Assembly (NCBI GenBank): GCA_965655095.1
Contig: OZ296653.1
Span: 6,510,001 to 6,574,000, forward strand
Length of the DNA stretch: 64,000 bases
DNA from: Haplodiscus bocki
Lineage: Eukaryota
Direction: 5' to 3'
Below, piece by piece: positions 39,801-52,570 of this stretch (position 1 is its first letter; every line of letters begins with the position of its first letter). The notes under the pieces are model-generated. The model was not told the origin of the DNA and made no database searches. It saw nothing but the letters and a program-made list of their open reading frames with translations. The translations under genes were made by a program, and so were the position numbers.

Positions 39801-42550
39801 GCCTTTCTGCCTAATTCTCAATGCGATATAACGTTTGAAATCTAACGCGCACCAACCGTATAGAAAACTTCACAATAAAAAGCCAGTGCCAGAAGTTCGC
39901 CCATTTCCTCTCATCGGCAGTGTGACGCAGTTTGCCGACTTCAAATTCGCTCTCAATCATTACGCTATCAATATGAGAGAAAAAAATCCTCGACAAGGCC
40001 CTCCAGTTCCATCATATTAGAAGATGCATCGAACGTTTCAAGTTGGCTGGTTAACAAATTGATCAAAACAGTTCCACATAATTGGTTGATCAATTTGAAT
40101 AAGAAAACTTATTTGAATAACACGAAGTATATGAGAAGAAAAATTATACGAATTTTATCGCAATTCGTACAAAATCACAGGTCTTACTGGTGAATTCTTG
40201 CAGTGTTGTTCCGATCAGTTGAGCGAATTGGTGTCGGATTTATGAACAAAGACTTCTTCAACACATCCTTTTAGCTGAAAATGATCGGTATTCAAATGCG
40301 ACGGAACTTTTTCCCAAGGTAGACTAGTGTCTCGGGTTGAGAAAAATCCTCCAAATTTTGAGGCCAGTTTTGCATTACGTCCAACGAGTATATACACGAT
40401 TCAAAAAATAGGGCATACACGAACTGCACTGGTTTGGCTGACCTTTGCCCATTATTACCTAACCCGTAGCTATTGAGAGCATGCTGAAATCCGTTCATTA
40501 CTACGGGGAGATGCAGCTCGGCTTTAGAGGAGGGTAATAAAGATAGGTAAACCCTCAAGTGAAGATGCAAGTTTTCCACAGCTTTCCGTTTTCGAAATTA
40601 CTTTGAAAATGATACGCGTCTAAGACCCCACCCGAAACAAAGAACTCTTCTAGTAACAATGATCGGTTAATAACCGAAAAGTTCGCGATTTTTTCCGATT
40701 CAGCTTTTTGACTTTGGTATCAAGTTTTTATCCGTACTTTTTCATTCGAAAATCGGCGTTTCACGCTGAACCTAGACTGCATAAGTTAAACAGTATAAAG
40801 GGCAGGTGTTTGTGGATCAGCGGATCCTGTTTGCTCCTCTCTCCAAGCACCTCGTGATCTGTTCTATTTACCAAATTATTATATTCCGCTTATCCTAAAA
40901 ATATAATCATTGTTCAAAGTACGCTAGGGGAAATGAATTTGCCAGCTTTCAAACATTCCATTGTCACATCTAATTTGATCTTCTCTCAAAAAAATCAATA
41001 GCCAACATTATAGTTTTATCCTGGAAAAAATGAGTTTGATTAATGCATAATGTATATGCAGTAAACTAATGTGAAAACTTTGCGCTGGCACTGCTGCCTT
41101 CTGAAACATCAAATTTTCGGTAAGCTCTGGTGACGTGCAAAAATTCTTCACCTGATGACGATTGCTCAAATCTGTTTGATCATGTGTCAGTCATTCCACA
41201 ATATTACCTCTCAATTTTGCTTTGGAAAACGTTGACATCTGAGTGAGAACGGGATGAAAATAAGTGGGCTGAACGATGTGTGCATCAGAACACATGCTAT
41301 GATACTTTTTCCCCTCAATTTCTAACAATTTTATCACGTGTTGAGGTCTCAGCGCCAGAGTCAGTGACACGATTACTCCCTAGATGTCCAGAACCTGTAT
41401 CAAGGCTTCTCTGAGTAACTTCTTCGATCAGCGTTTCTTTGTACATTGCTTCAGGCTAGGCCTGCTAGTTCTCCGAGAATATCTCTCAATTTGTTCTCTC
41501 GTTGGGTAAACAATCCTTGTTTTTACAGGTCAATAAAAGATGTACGTCAAAGTCCTTATTGCAGCCATATCTGAATGGATTTGACGCATGGGAAACCATA
41601 ACTAGGAGAAATATCATCATGGAATTCAATTCTACTCAAGTAAAGGTTGTCGCGAATTGATATCTTCGAAATTAGCCAGCTTGAGTTTCTACCTTTCAAA
41701 TTCCTCTCTTTCGCTTAGCTTTGTTGCTTGCTGACCTTGTTGATTATGTCATACTGTTTCGAATAAATTGCTAGTTTCAGCTAGCGTATAATGCTCTCAA
41801 TGTGAGTGCGGTGATTCATCAATTAGAAATGAATTCATCGCTCAAAACATTTTGATAATATGACAAGCACTATTCGAAGCTTCTAAACTTGACTCTTCCA
41901 ATATTTTTGTTTTCCAAGTCCGAGGCTTCCTTTCCAACCAGGCAAACTAACGAAATATATCATATGTCCTCTAACGCATCGCTTTAAAACAGCGAGTGAA
42001 TTTACATCTCTTGCGTTTCAATAATGGCGTTGAGATTGTAGATTGAATGTGAGAGCGCTTGAAATTGTGATGAGATCCGAGATTTAAGAAAGTTTGTGAC
42101 CACAAGAACAACCCAAACCAAATTGAACTAAATTATGTGATAATCATTATATGTATAGGCGGCAAAAACAATTTTGAGCAAAAGTACCAAAGTTTAGCAG
42201 AGCCTACTTTTCTCCGCCGAGCATTCCAAGAAAATGAGCAATGGATTTTCTGTACAGCGGAAAGAAGAGTGATAACTGTGAAAATAGCCCACGTGAACAA
42301 TATTTTACAACTGTGCAACAATAGACTTTTTTTGCAAGAAAGCGAGACACTTGTGTGATATAACACTTGCTTGCTTGACGTTCATCTCGGATAATCGAGT
42401 GCTGAAATTTACATTGCAAAGCTTTGCAATTTAAACAATTATAGCGGATAATCCAGTGACCGTTAATAGAGAGAACGATGTATATAAACACATCTACTCA
42501 CATGTAAAAATTTTCCGCATGTAGCAACGTCAGCAGTGGTCAGCTACATG

Positions 42551-43653
42551 TAGGGTTGGCAGACTCGTAGACTTTGCGAGTCTCGATGACAGACTCGGAC
42601 TCAGTCTTCGTAAGACTCGGTCCTTTTTTTCAGACTCGGACTCGGTGTACGAGTCCCCATTTTAGACTCGGCGAGTCTTTGATTTTGACAGTCGCGGTTT
42701 CTGTGCGAATATCGAAGAAAACAAAAACATTCTCGAAAATTGTAAATTTTCGAAATTTTTAAGCACATATAGTTCAAAAAAACTATCTACGCAAAACTTT
42801 AGGTTTTTAATCTCAGCTTTGAGGTAAACTAATTCTAGCCACTTAATATGCAAATTCTCGAAAGTCGCTCAATATGTAAACTACAGCCAGGATTTCAGGC
42901 ACTGGATTGCACGTACAGTTTCTGTGTTAAGTCTGTTTTAAAGTGGAGTAACTGTCTGCCCCGATGAAGAGAATTTTCTTTCCACTGAAGTTGATGTCGA
43001 CGGAATTGCAAGAAAATCAAAGGTCAACTTGTGCAAAATGGGAAATGTATTCTCGTTGTTACTCCACCACTTGAGGACATCGCTTGTTTCATTAACGGGT
43101 GTTTGAAGGTAACATGTGTTCAACTCAAACTCTCCGTCGGTAGTCGTCCAATTTTGTAAAATATTTCTACGCTGGACTTCTGTTTTTCAGTAGACGTGTT
43201 TGGAATTTCCATAATGTCTTCCATTATCAAATATCTGTAGTAAAATGCAAATCCAACATTCAGAAAAGAACATCACTAAATCAAAGGTAGCAAACTAACT
43301 ATAGATATTTAATTTAGCAATCAATGGACAACACTAAATTCACATGGGCTGCGTAATTCCACCGTATGCACACACAATACTGAGTGGTTGCATGAATCAC
43401 ATTATTACATTGTGTACCGCTCGAAAACGCATCATTAATACATAATTCTAATTTGTTTTTGCGTAACATAGTTTGTCGGGCATATTCACCGAGTCCCATT
43501 TCACAGACTCGGACTCCCACCGAGTCCAAAAATCTCAGATTCGGTTTCAGGCTCAGTTGAGAATTCTGGACTCGGGATTCGCAAGACTCGGACAGATTCG
43601 GCGAGTCGAATCCCGAGTCTACGAGTCTGGACTCGGGATTCATGCCAACCCTA
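42551..43653 (-). mobile_element. hAT non-autonomous deletion derivative inside SURF1 intron 3
   Basis: TIRs TAGGGTTGGCA / TGCCAACCCTA. 8-bp TSD GCTACATG (42543-42550) / GCTATATG (43654-43661). GACTCGG/CCGAGTC subterminal arrays. Internal hATC fragment VLKWWSNNENTFPILHKLTFDFLAIPSTSTSVERKFSSSG (42938-43123). Confidence 0.93.
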
Positions 43654-43759
43654 GCTATATGTAACTTTGCGCATGCTGCATGTAAGCAATGAACAATTTT
43701 ACCTTTTGAAGCACAAACTACAATTTCGACGTTACAATTCATCGATTTAGATGTCCGAA

Positions 43760-44170
43760 CACAGCGGAACTTCGCAACACATTCTGACTTGTCCGTTGAG
43801 ACTACAGATCCCAAAAGACATTTGAAAACATAATTGGAGATGTGATTGACTCTTTTGGAAAGACTAACTACATCAGCCCTCAATCAAGAGGTTGTTTGAA
43901 AACATCAAATTGAGACAAGTATATGTCGCAGAGTGACATACTCAAAAAATTGATGTCATTGATGTATTTCAGGTTCCGCCACTTTGCTGCCAATAGTTTA
44001 CGGAATTTGCACAATAAACAACGCAAAATGAATTACTATCTGCCAGAAAAGGCCCTTTTTGACCGTTCACCCTCGATAATTACTCTGATTTAAAGTTTGA
44101 ACAGGATTTTAAAAAATTGGGCACCAGTCGGTTTCTGTACACAATCTTTCTTTCAGTCAGAATGTGTAAA
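43760..44170 (-). repeat. Dispersed repeat family B, copy 2
   Basis: GCGGAACTTCGCAACACATTCTGAC ... TTTCAGTCAGAATGTGTAAAA; body aligns with 23708-24133. Confidence 0.8.
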
Positions 44171-44860
44171 AATATCAAGGCATGTCCTTATTATATAGAA
44201 TACCTTCGGCTTCGATATTAAGAACAACCGAAAAATGCGGGAAACCCCCGTTTCATATCGTGGTTTGTTAAATTCAATATGCGCATATGTATCTACCGCA
44301 GTTACGTACTTTTACAATTTTGACGTTTGAGGATTTTGAGGAAACGTTTACAATTTTGAGGAAAATAGTTAGGTTTGCATGCAACTGAATCCAAGTATTG
44401 TATTTAAGCAATGTAGCGGACGTAAGCACGGCACCGCACAACACACACACGCAGAAAGCGACCACACACACTGCAACCAACCCGCCACACAACGTGGCTG
44501 ATGATTTAATTTGATGTCCGAAAAAAACTCAACACATCTCCCTATAAATATCGAATGCTTTCGGCTTCGATATTTGAAACACACAAACAAATTTTGAAAA
44601 CACCCAAGAGCCCTCAGCCCCCTTACGAAGTTTTTCGGAAGTGTCAGAATTTTTCGACCAAAAATAGTGAACACCCACTTTTATGCACCTGCCTCAGGTA
44701 AAGTGAGCCTTATGGGCAGCACCAAGTTGGCTCGTTTACTTACTATCCGTTCAATAACTTTTAACTATTTATGTTCGCACTGTGTTATATTCCAAATGTA
44801 ATTCGGTTGAATCTAATTTTTTTGACAATGAAAAATAGTCATCATTGTGTGCTGGTTCAC

Positions 44861-45139
44861 CTCCGGACTCTGAGTCCAGTTCTATCATCACTGGCTCACT
44901 ATCACACATTTCAGCCATGGCGGTGACGTCACGGAATAAATAGGTTCTGGGCTTGTTTTTGTTGTTGGTTTCTTGAATGAGAAAGTTGAGGAATTTTTTT
45001 TCGTCTGTTCTGATGAATCCACTCACAGTTACAGTGTCCTCTATTTGTCCACTCTGTCTCTTAAGGGGGTCCACTTGAGTCTTGGGTACCCAGCCCCTGT
45101 TGACTAGGATCCTCAGAGGAGATTTCATTTGGCTATCCG
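44861..45139 (-). CDS. SURF1: SURF1 exon 3
   Basis: RILVNRGWVPKTQVDPLKRQSGQIEDTVTVSGFIR...FRDVTAMAE (SURF1 signature). Acceptor gtattAG|CG and donor GGA G|GTGAAC, both phase 1. Confidence 0.93.
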
Positions 45140-46283
45140 CTAATACGAATGTTGTGCAAATCAAACATATTCAACCCTCGCAAAGCAAAAAAGAATCAAA
45201 TTTACGTAAAATGCGTGATACTTTGAGAAAACAGAAAGCATTCAGCGAATGAAATTGACAAGCTTCAGAAAAAATTTGAATACATTAGTGAACAGAATAA
45301 ATTTCCAGCCACTCAGTGTTTGGAATTTTGCTTTTCTTGCCAACGTTTCGGATTTTTTTGGATTATACTAAAATTTTAGCCAAGGTCTTCGCAATTATTA
45401 TAGCCAAGAAGTCCAGGAATTTGCTTAGACTTCTTGGCAAGAGCAACAAACAATCCTGTCGTTCTTGGCAAGAGCAACAAGGTAAACTATGCACAGACAT
45501 CTTATAATTTCTTTTACAATTTATTCATTTCAAAAACTTTCTGAAACAACGGATGAAAGATTCCGAAGCATATATATGTCACCATATTATAAAATAGAAA
45601 GACCTAATTTTCACCGAAATACCGGTAACTGACCAAACAATGATTGACCAAAATTGTCAAAAACAGTACCCATTGCTAGATTGTGCGCTATCTTGTTCAA
45701 TATATCGAAACTCCTCGAAATCGAGTCGCAAATTTGTTTTTTTTATAAGCTGCTCGTAAAATGCATCACAAGTGGCTACTAGGGTACCAAGCAGTACCTT
45801 TCATTTTCAACGAAGTCGAAAATTTTAAGAAATGGGAGAATACGCTTTGTTTCCTTGCAAAAATCTTGACTTCTTTCCAAGAACTTGAAAAGTCTTGCGC
45901 GCCTTGTCAAGAATAATTGCCAAGATCTTGGCAAGAAAACCCTGGAAAACCAGGATACCAAGCACTGGGCGGGCACTCGTGGAAATTTTCGGTTACTAAC
46001 TAGCAAAGTAGAATTGAATGAACGAAATTACCACGGAATGTTTTTCACTTTAGCGCTCCGTCGGTCTCGAACATCGAATAAGGTCAATAAGGGTGGATGT
46101 TGGAAGAACTATGATTTGTGAGCGAAACTTTTTGGAAGATCAAACTCTGATTAATCAGTGGAAAAACCACTTTCACATGTTATCCCTAATTTTCTAAAAG
46201 TTTTGCTTAAGGCGTGGAAACAAAATTCCGAAGTTTTGATACCAGAGGTGTGTGGCTTTTTTCCTATTCCCGCCACATGTTAG

Positions 46284-46805
46284 TATTTTCCACCCATATT
46301 TAAAAATGGAAGGAAAATCATCCATTAAAGTGAACGTTTTTCTACGTTTCTTGCCAATTGATAATGTCCGAATGTCAGCATCCGGCAAAATGACGAAAAA
46401 GACGATTCTGAACCTAACTTTTTTAAAATCAATAAAATATACCAATTATAGCGTAGAATCTACTCAAATAGTAAGATTTCTCAAAAAGTAGTGCTATTTC
46501 TCAAAAGATACGAAATCTGGGTCTTCTTTGGAAAACAGATGCGTTTTGATTTTTGAAAAACTTGATTTTTTTTCAAAATCCTTGAAGGTGGCAAACTTGC
46601 TGTAGTATCAAATGATATATTTTTTAAAAGTGTCTTTCCAACCTTAATTGTGAAGTTTTTTGCAAAAAACCAGAAATGTTTTATATTTGGAAAAACTACA
46701 ATTTATATGAAACATATTTTTGTCAAAGAAAACCTTTTCATCCTTTGAAAAGGCAAACAAAACTAGAGGGCGGAAAATATGCCGGTGCTACCCGGCCGTC
46801 TTGTT
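46284..46805 (+). repeat. Dispersed repeat family A, copy 4
   Basis: TATTTTCCACCCATATTT ... GGGCGGAAAATATGCCGGTGCTACCCGGCCGTCTTGTT (subterminal inverted repeat plus GCCGG/CCGGC hairpin). Confidence 0.8.
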
Positions 46806-49800
46806 ACACTTACTCTGGCAAGTGTTCCACAATAAAATGCATTAGTGATGAAAACAAACGCACCAAAGCGGTCAAAACACACGTAGCCCGCCGTCTTGTT
46901 CATTTTTCAAGAAAAAATTAAAAATTTTCAAAAAGAATGGACCATTTTCGGCAAGATTATTCAACATTTCCTCATTCAACGTGCGAAATGTTTTTTATTC
47001 ATTCAAAAATCTATGTATAAAAACACTTGGTAAAATGTCCTGCGGGAAGAAAAAAACTTCCGCGCCAGCCATGCTATTACAAGCAAAATTTCGGCCGCCA
47101 AAGGCAATTGGTATTAGCGAACGAAAGAAGTAGTAGCGAAGCTATTTGCAAGTTCGAAACTTTCTGTCTATTCTAAAAACACCAAACATTTGAGAAGTGG
47201 CCCGGAGCTTGTCGTCGAATAAGTTATCATCAACGTAAAAAAGGTGTCTAATACCGTGGCTGCTTCCTTTGAAACCGCGAAACATTTCATTTACGTGGTA
47301 CTAGTTTTATCAATTAATATATTAAGTATAATGAAAATTACTTGATGATCAATTCAATTGTTAACAAGCGTGAGCGATTCATCAGAGGTAGATTTTTCAA
47401 CAGGAATCATACCCTCATTTTATAAAATTCAGACACAGGGGCGAAGCTGTGCTACGCAAACACTTGCGAAACCAACTATCACAGTGGGAAAAAATTCTAA
47501 AATAACTTAACAACGTATTCGCAGTCCCACTCAAATTTGCCACAGTTGTCACTTCTTTCGACTCAATTGCCTAAAACAACTGCTCAAAAAAGAGGCTGCA
47601 AGTAATTGAATTAGAACTGGATGGAGCTGAAACGAGTACCAGCCATTGAGAAAGACATTTCCGAACAAGCACAAAAGTATAAACTTCACGAATCTCAAAA
47701 AAATCCAGATTTTTCGAAAGTAAAAAATGAAGACAGGCCCTCCAAGATACTTTGGGACACTCTACGCCACAGGTATTTTGATCCGCGCTGCATCAAGCCA
47801 AGGCAAAAAATAGTCATGGAAGTATATTTATCGAACTACGAAGAAAAAAGCATCTTCGATATTTAGGTTTCAGGTCTAACACAAATCCGAGATAGACAAT
47901 TCGAGCAACTCCTCAGGGCCTTCAGGTCACCATTATTTGAATGAGCGCCTGATTGAAGCAATGCGATTACTAGTTACGGGGAACATTTGTTGTAACGAAC
48001 AATACGAGAAAAAGTATCTGCGATTTCTCAAAACCAAATTAAGATTTTTCGGATAAACGTATAAAAGAGACCATTCAAGCTGCTCTGCAAAACAGCTCAG
48101 ACGTGAGCAGTTTCATCGGCGCTGAAGCGAAAAACTGCGCCATCACTCACTGAGAACAGTTTCGACCAACAACCCGAAAATAACGATCATCGCCGTTTCA
48201 ATTACAAGTCGGTTCTTGGCAATAGAATTCAATATCAACAATTATAAATAGTGTGAAGTATCTCCTGTATTAAAGCAAAACGGAAAAAAATACTTTAATT
48301 TGAAGTCAGCATCGCGCAGCACTACCGAGATCAATTGAAAACGTGACATTAATCAGCACGGAAATTTGCAGTTTTGAAGCAGCGGATAAAAATGGCTGCT
48401 GAGTCCGATTGCTTATCTCAAGCATGGAAGTTCTCCGAAAACAGGCGGGACACACAACGGATTTCTTGCTGACAGTCACGAATGTCTGAGACTTGATGTT
48501 TTTAACATAACCAACGACAGTTAGTAACATTTTGACTCAAATTGATAAAAATTCGAAAGCTATAAGACGACAAACTGTTAGTAACTAAAACGTTTAATCT
48601 TCCTGATAAACATGCAATAACGGACATCCGATCAGTGGTCTTCGAAAGCATTTTTGACAAACAACGCAGCATACTCCAAGAAAAAACGGACGAAAGACGC
48701 AAGAAACCTTTGGGAGTTTGAAGTACATGTCAAGATACTTGATGAAACAAGAAAAATGAACAGACCGACTTTTTCACCCTGTAACAGTCTGATGTTCTCT
48801 GAATAGTCTAAATATTAGAAACGAAAGACTACATAGAGATTGCGACGAATTGTTTTCAAGAAGAACGCCTCTGATGAATGAGGAAAAAAGTTCTTAGGTG
48901 TCTTACCAGCTAAACTATTCTGCCAGGAAAGTTTAGACTATCCCTGCTCGCCCAAGGATCTCCCGGGCAGCTATCAGTCCATTTAACCAAGAATTGACTA
49001 CATCCGAACAATGGTCTCAAAAAACGCCTTCGACCAACAACAACTTCTTCGATTATTCAAACAGTAGTAAAGATAGTTCGGGCTGAAGGTTGAAAAAAGC
49101 CATCTTAGCCTTTTGCCAGAAAATCTCGGCAGCAACTAGATAAGTCAGCACTGGATGGACTCAATCCGACCATTAGTCATGAAGAAAAAAATGACAGACA
49201 CAAAAAACATTTCGAATATTGAGAACAAGTTTTCGGCAACAAAATTTGACAAAACGCGATCTCAGACTTTGTCAGAGACTCCCTGGACCGAGTACATGAA
49301 CCGGCACTGGATGGACCCAATTCGCACAGTAGTTTTTCACAACAACTCTTGAAGCCAAGGACGAAAGTTTTCGTGAAAAAGATATCAAACGGCTATTCCC
49401 TGACACTCCACAGGACCTTTAGATACCAAGAAATCGAATCATTGCAGGAATGACACGACCATAGCGTTCCAAAAAAACCAATTTTGACAGAATATTGCTG
49501 AAAAATTCCGTCGCTCGACTTATCAATTAGATTATCCTCAGACCTTTCGCAGAAAAGCTGTAGTTGATTCAATTCACAACGAATTTAATGTTAGTCCACG
49601 TGCACGAGAGAGGCCACGACGCTGCATGAACAAATATTTGTGACCAAAAGAAAGGGCATGAACACATTGGGTGATTACGAATTTAACAAAAATTGCGAGA
49701 GACGCACGGAAAAAAGGGAAGCCGTCCGAATACTCCAGGCAAAGAAGAATGACTCGTCGTATTTTCACTTGCAAATGTAATGCCCTGCAAGTCTCATTCT

Positions 49801-49968
49801 GCAATCCGAGACAAAAGCTTTTAAAGGATACCTTAAAACTAAAATTTCAAGCAAAAAAAAACGAACTTTTGAGCAAAAAAAGGATACCAACTGAAATTGT
49901 TTTTGCTGCCGAATCTTTTGATTCAAATTGCACAACACTATTTACTAACTTAGTTATACTCTACTAAC

Positions 49969-50193
49969 TAGAATTGAAGTTCATTCTGTGGGCGTCCTGT
50001 TCGTCGACTACGAAGGGAGTGATGACATGTGCCCCGTAGTTACCTTTGGAGGACTTGGACCCAGCTGAGAGAGTCCACTGAGAAGACTGGTGGTCTGTTT
50101 TGATTGGGTGTCTGAAATCCACGTACATCTCCTGCTCATGTTGGAACCTCCCTCGCACAAACACTCGCCGGTATTCTTCGCTCTTCAAACTGT
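49969..50193 (-). CDS. SURF1: SURF1 exon 2
   Basis: DSLKSEEYRRVFVRGRFQHEQEMYV...GAHVITPF (cf. EYRPVKVRGCFDHSKELY...GAYVVTPF). Acceptor gatattAG|AC and donor TCT A|GTTAGT, both phase 1. Confidence 0.92.
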
Positions 50194-51163
50194 CTAATAT
50201 CACATTCACATGTAAGTACAGTGTCATTTTCAATGTTATTACTGAAAAAATGATCCATTTTAATTCAAATGACTCAGTAGCTTAAATTGTTAAAGTTTCT
50301 GATTTTGAACAGATTCATCTAATAAAGAGCAGCCAAGAACCTGTCGATCTAATTCACTGACGGCACTACAAAGAGCTATTATTTGATTTGAAAATTCTTG
50401 CATTTTGGTACTGTGATCATATTAAATTTTCAAGCTTGGTCGATTTTATGCATGTGTGAACATGGATTCCTTTAAATTTTTGTTCTGCTTTAAATCGATC
50501 AAAGGCCGTTGAAAAATCAAAATGTACATCACTCTGTACACTGCAGGTCTACACGTAGGACAAATAAATTACACAACTTCAAAGAACGACTTTACAAAAA
50601 ATTCAGGCTCAAATAGGAACAAGAGGGGAAGAATTGAAGTGGAACAGTCCACTTGAAATTCTATGTCAACGAAAGATTGACGATGTTAGTTATTCAAGGA
50701 TTATATGGAAAACTTCTCAAACAGTCATTGTCTTGGGATAGGACAGGAGGTTGAGGTGCAATGTCGACATTCATAATTTTATCAAGCACATATAAGAAGC
50801 CTCTAATAAATGAAAAACTACTACGACCCCACCCGTTGCGTTTTATTCCGTGCACAGTGGGAACCAAAGTTTGCAACATCAGATGGTCCCTGTGCACAGT
50901 TTCATGTTCTGAGGCCTCATGCACAAAGTGGGTTCGAATCTCACGGAGAAGCAATAGGCTTCCGACTAAAATTTACATATCGACTACTCTTGTAGCAAAG
51001 TGGTTATATAACATACAAAAAATGTACGCGTGAAATTTTCGAATTCCCAAAGTAGACGATGTTTGTTTCGACATAGCAGCTAAATTCAATATCAGCTTTT
51101 TTCGTGAGCTAGTTAGTATTCAATGTATTAATATACTGATATTATTGCACTCTGTTACTTTAC

Positions 51164-51385
51164 CTGTGCTGAGGTTGATGTGACTGAGATGAACGGGTTC
51201 TGCATTGTATCTCTTCTTGATGTTATCAATGATCTGCAACTTCTGCTTCAGTCTCGCAATCTGCCAAGTTCCCAGACCAGTACACACCAAGGGCGCTACC
51301 ACCAAATACCGCATATGCTCATACCCCGAAGTCGACCTCTTCGCACCTTCAGCACAGCAGCAGACAGGGTTGGCAAAATCTTCAT
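51164..51385 (-). CDS. SURF1: SURF1 exon 1 (first transmembrane helix); start codon ambiguous, apparent 1-nt frameshift near 51340
   Basis: YLVVAPLVCTGLGTWQIARLKQKLQII (SURF1 GLGTWQ motif) and donor ACA G|GTAAAG (phase 1). ATG 51385 encodes a targeting-peptide-like leader in a different frame. In-frame ATGs exist at 51443 and 51314. Confidence 0.85.
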
Positions 51386-52028
51386 AATTCTTACAATCAT
51401 CAATCTGTTCGATATTTACGACACACAGTCGTATGATAAACATAAATTGACTAAACGCAAAAAATTGCCGTTTTTGGAGCTCAATGTCTCAAAAAAACTA
51501 CTACGAAGATTCCTCGAAAATGTTCGTTCTAAACAAGTAGAAAGTAACGAAGCTAAAGCCAAGTTGATTTGGTAGTTAAAAGCAAAGTTCGTCCCATTCC
51601 TCTTGTGCGAGTTTTTTTTATATCAAGACAAGCACGCCGGGAACGGCCTAAGCTGGTAGGTGTCAAATATTGTGTCGAGAAAAAATTGTCTCGCAGTACA
51701 GAAAAACATAGTAGAGTGGCTTTTGATTCATAAAAAACTCTGGGTTCCAAAGAAGTTTGATAGTGCAAGGGGGGCTATCACGACTTCAGTCGGAAAATTT
51801 GCTTCAGTAAGAAATTCGTTTTGGCCTTCTGGAAGGCTAAACTATCGGCGCATATAAGGTTCAGCATACTTCACGAGCGAGGAGCCTTTGAGTGTTGGTG
51901 AAGTTTTCGGGACATCTGTATCAGGGAAAAGTGGAACCAAAGGTCCAACATTTATTCGTAAATGGTAGGTTTTTCTTACCCTTTTTAGTATAAATGGTAA
52001 AAGAAAGCCTACAAAATTTGAATATACA

Positions 52029-52095
52029 GCCTATATTCTGGGGTTCCAACACACGACCTCTGGATTCGGAAGCGTTTTGTCATTCCAATTTGGCA
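52029..52095 (-). repeat. tRNA-derived SINE-head-like fragment (related to 15305-15368)
   Basis: Similarity by eye to the 15305 copy, including the degenerate B-box and the TATAGGC tail. Confidence 0.4.
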
Positions 52096-52419
52096 ACAGG
52101 TATGCCATTCGAGCAAAAAAGATATAATCATACAAACTGGTTCAGTTAAATTACACATAGTGGACAATCACGCGACCCAATGAAATTTGTTAATACAATC
52201 GGCTCAAAAAAACGGAGCCACTCCAATTGTCGGACTTGTTTAAACGCGACGACTAAAAACGGTATTGCGCAAAGCTTTGGCCGTCTTTAAATGAATCTGC
52301 ATAATCAAAAATTGGTGAAAACATGGTCGGACAGGTGAAACCAGCTTAAAAAAATTAGCATTTCTCTGTGACTTGTCAAATCAGAACTACTGTTTCATTC
52401 AAGTATGATTGGTTTGTAG

Positions 52420-52570
52420 ATGCCTCCGTGGAGAGTAGAGATCTGTGGACACAAGGACTCATCCAGGCTGACTGTCAGAACTTTGCCAGAGGACTCACCG
52501 AGATGCCCTCCAATCACATGAGTCCAGAAGCATTCGTGCAAGAAGTTGTCAACATGTTCGAGCAATACAG
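52420..52570 (+). CDS. Isolated M17 leucine aminopeptidase exon on the strand opposite to the LAP gene
   Basis: ggtttgtAG|...CAG|GTACC, 151 bp, open frame DASVESRDLWTQGLIQADCQNFARGLTEMPSNHMSPEAFVQEV (cf. LAP3 AWQKGVLFASGQNLARQLMETPANEMTPTRF). Whether it is expressed is unknown. Confidence 0.75.

Noticed and set aside
43314-43883. 189-aa ORF, the longest in the track
   Set aside because: It runs across the hAT subterminal repeats and a family B repeat, with no protein motif. Spurious.
50880-50950. tRNA gene (GTGGGTTCGAATCTCAC T-arm)
   Set aside because: Only the T-arm/B-box is present; no convincing D-arm or acceptor stem.
51450-52400. Upstream + strand LAP exons next to the inverted exon
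   Set aside because: The stretches I translated showed no LAP N-terminal similarity. The sequence looks like decayed repeat DNA.
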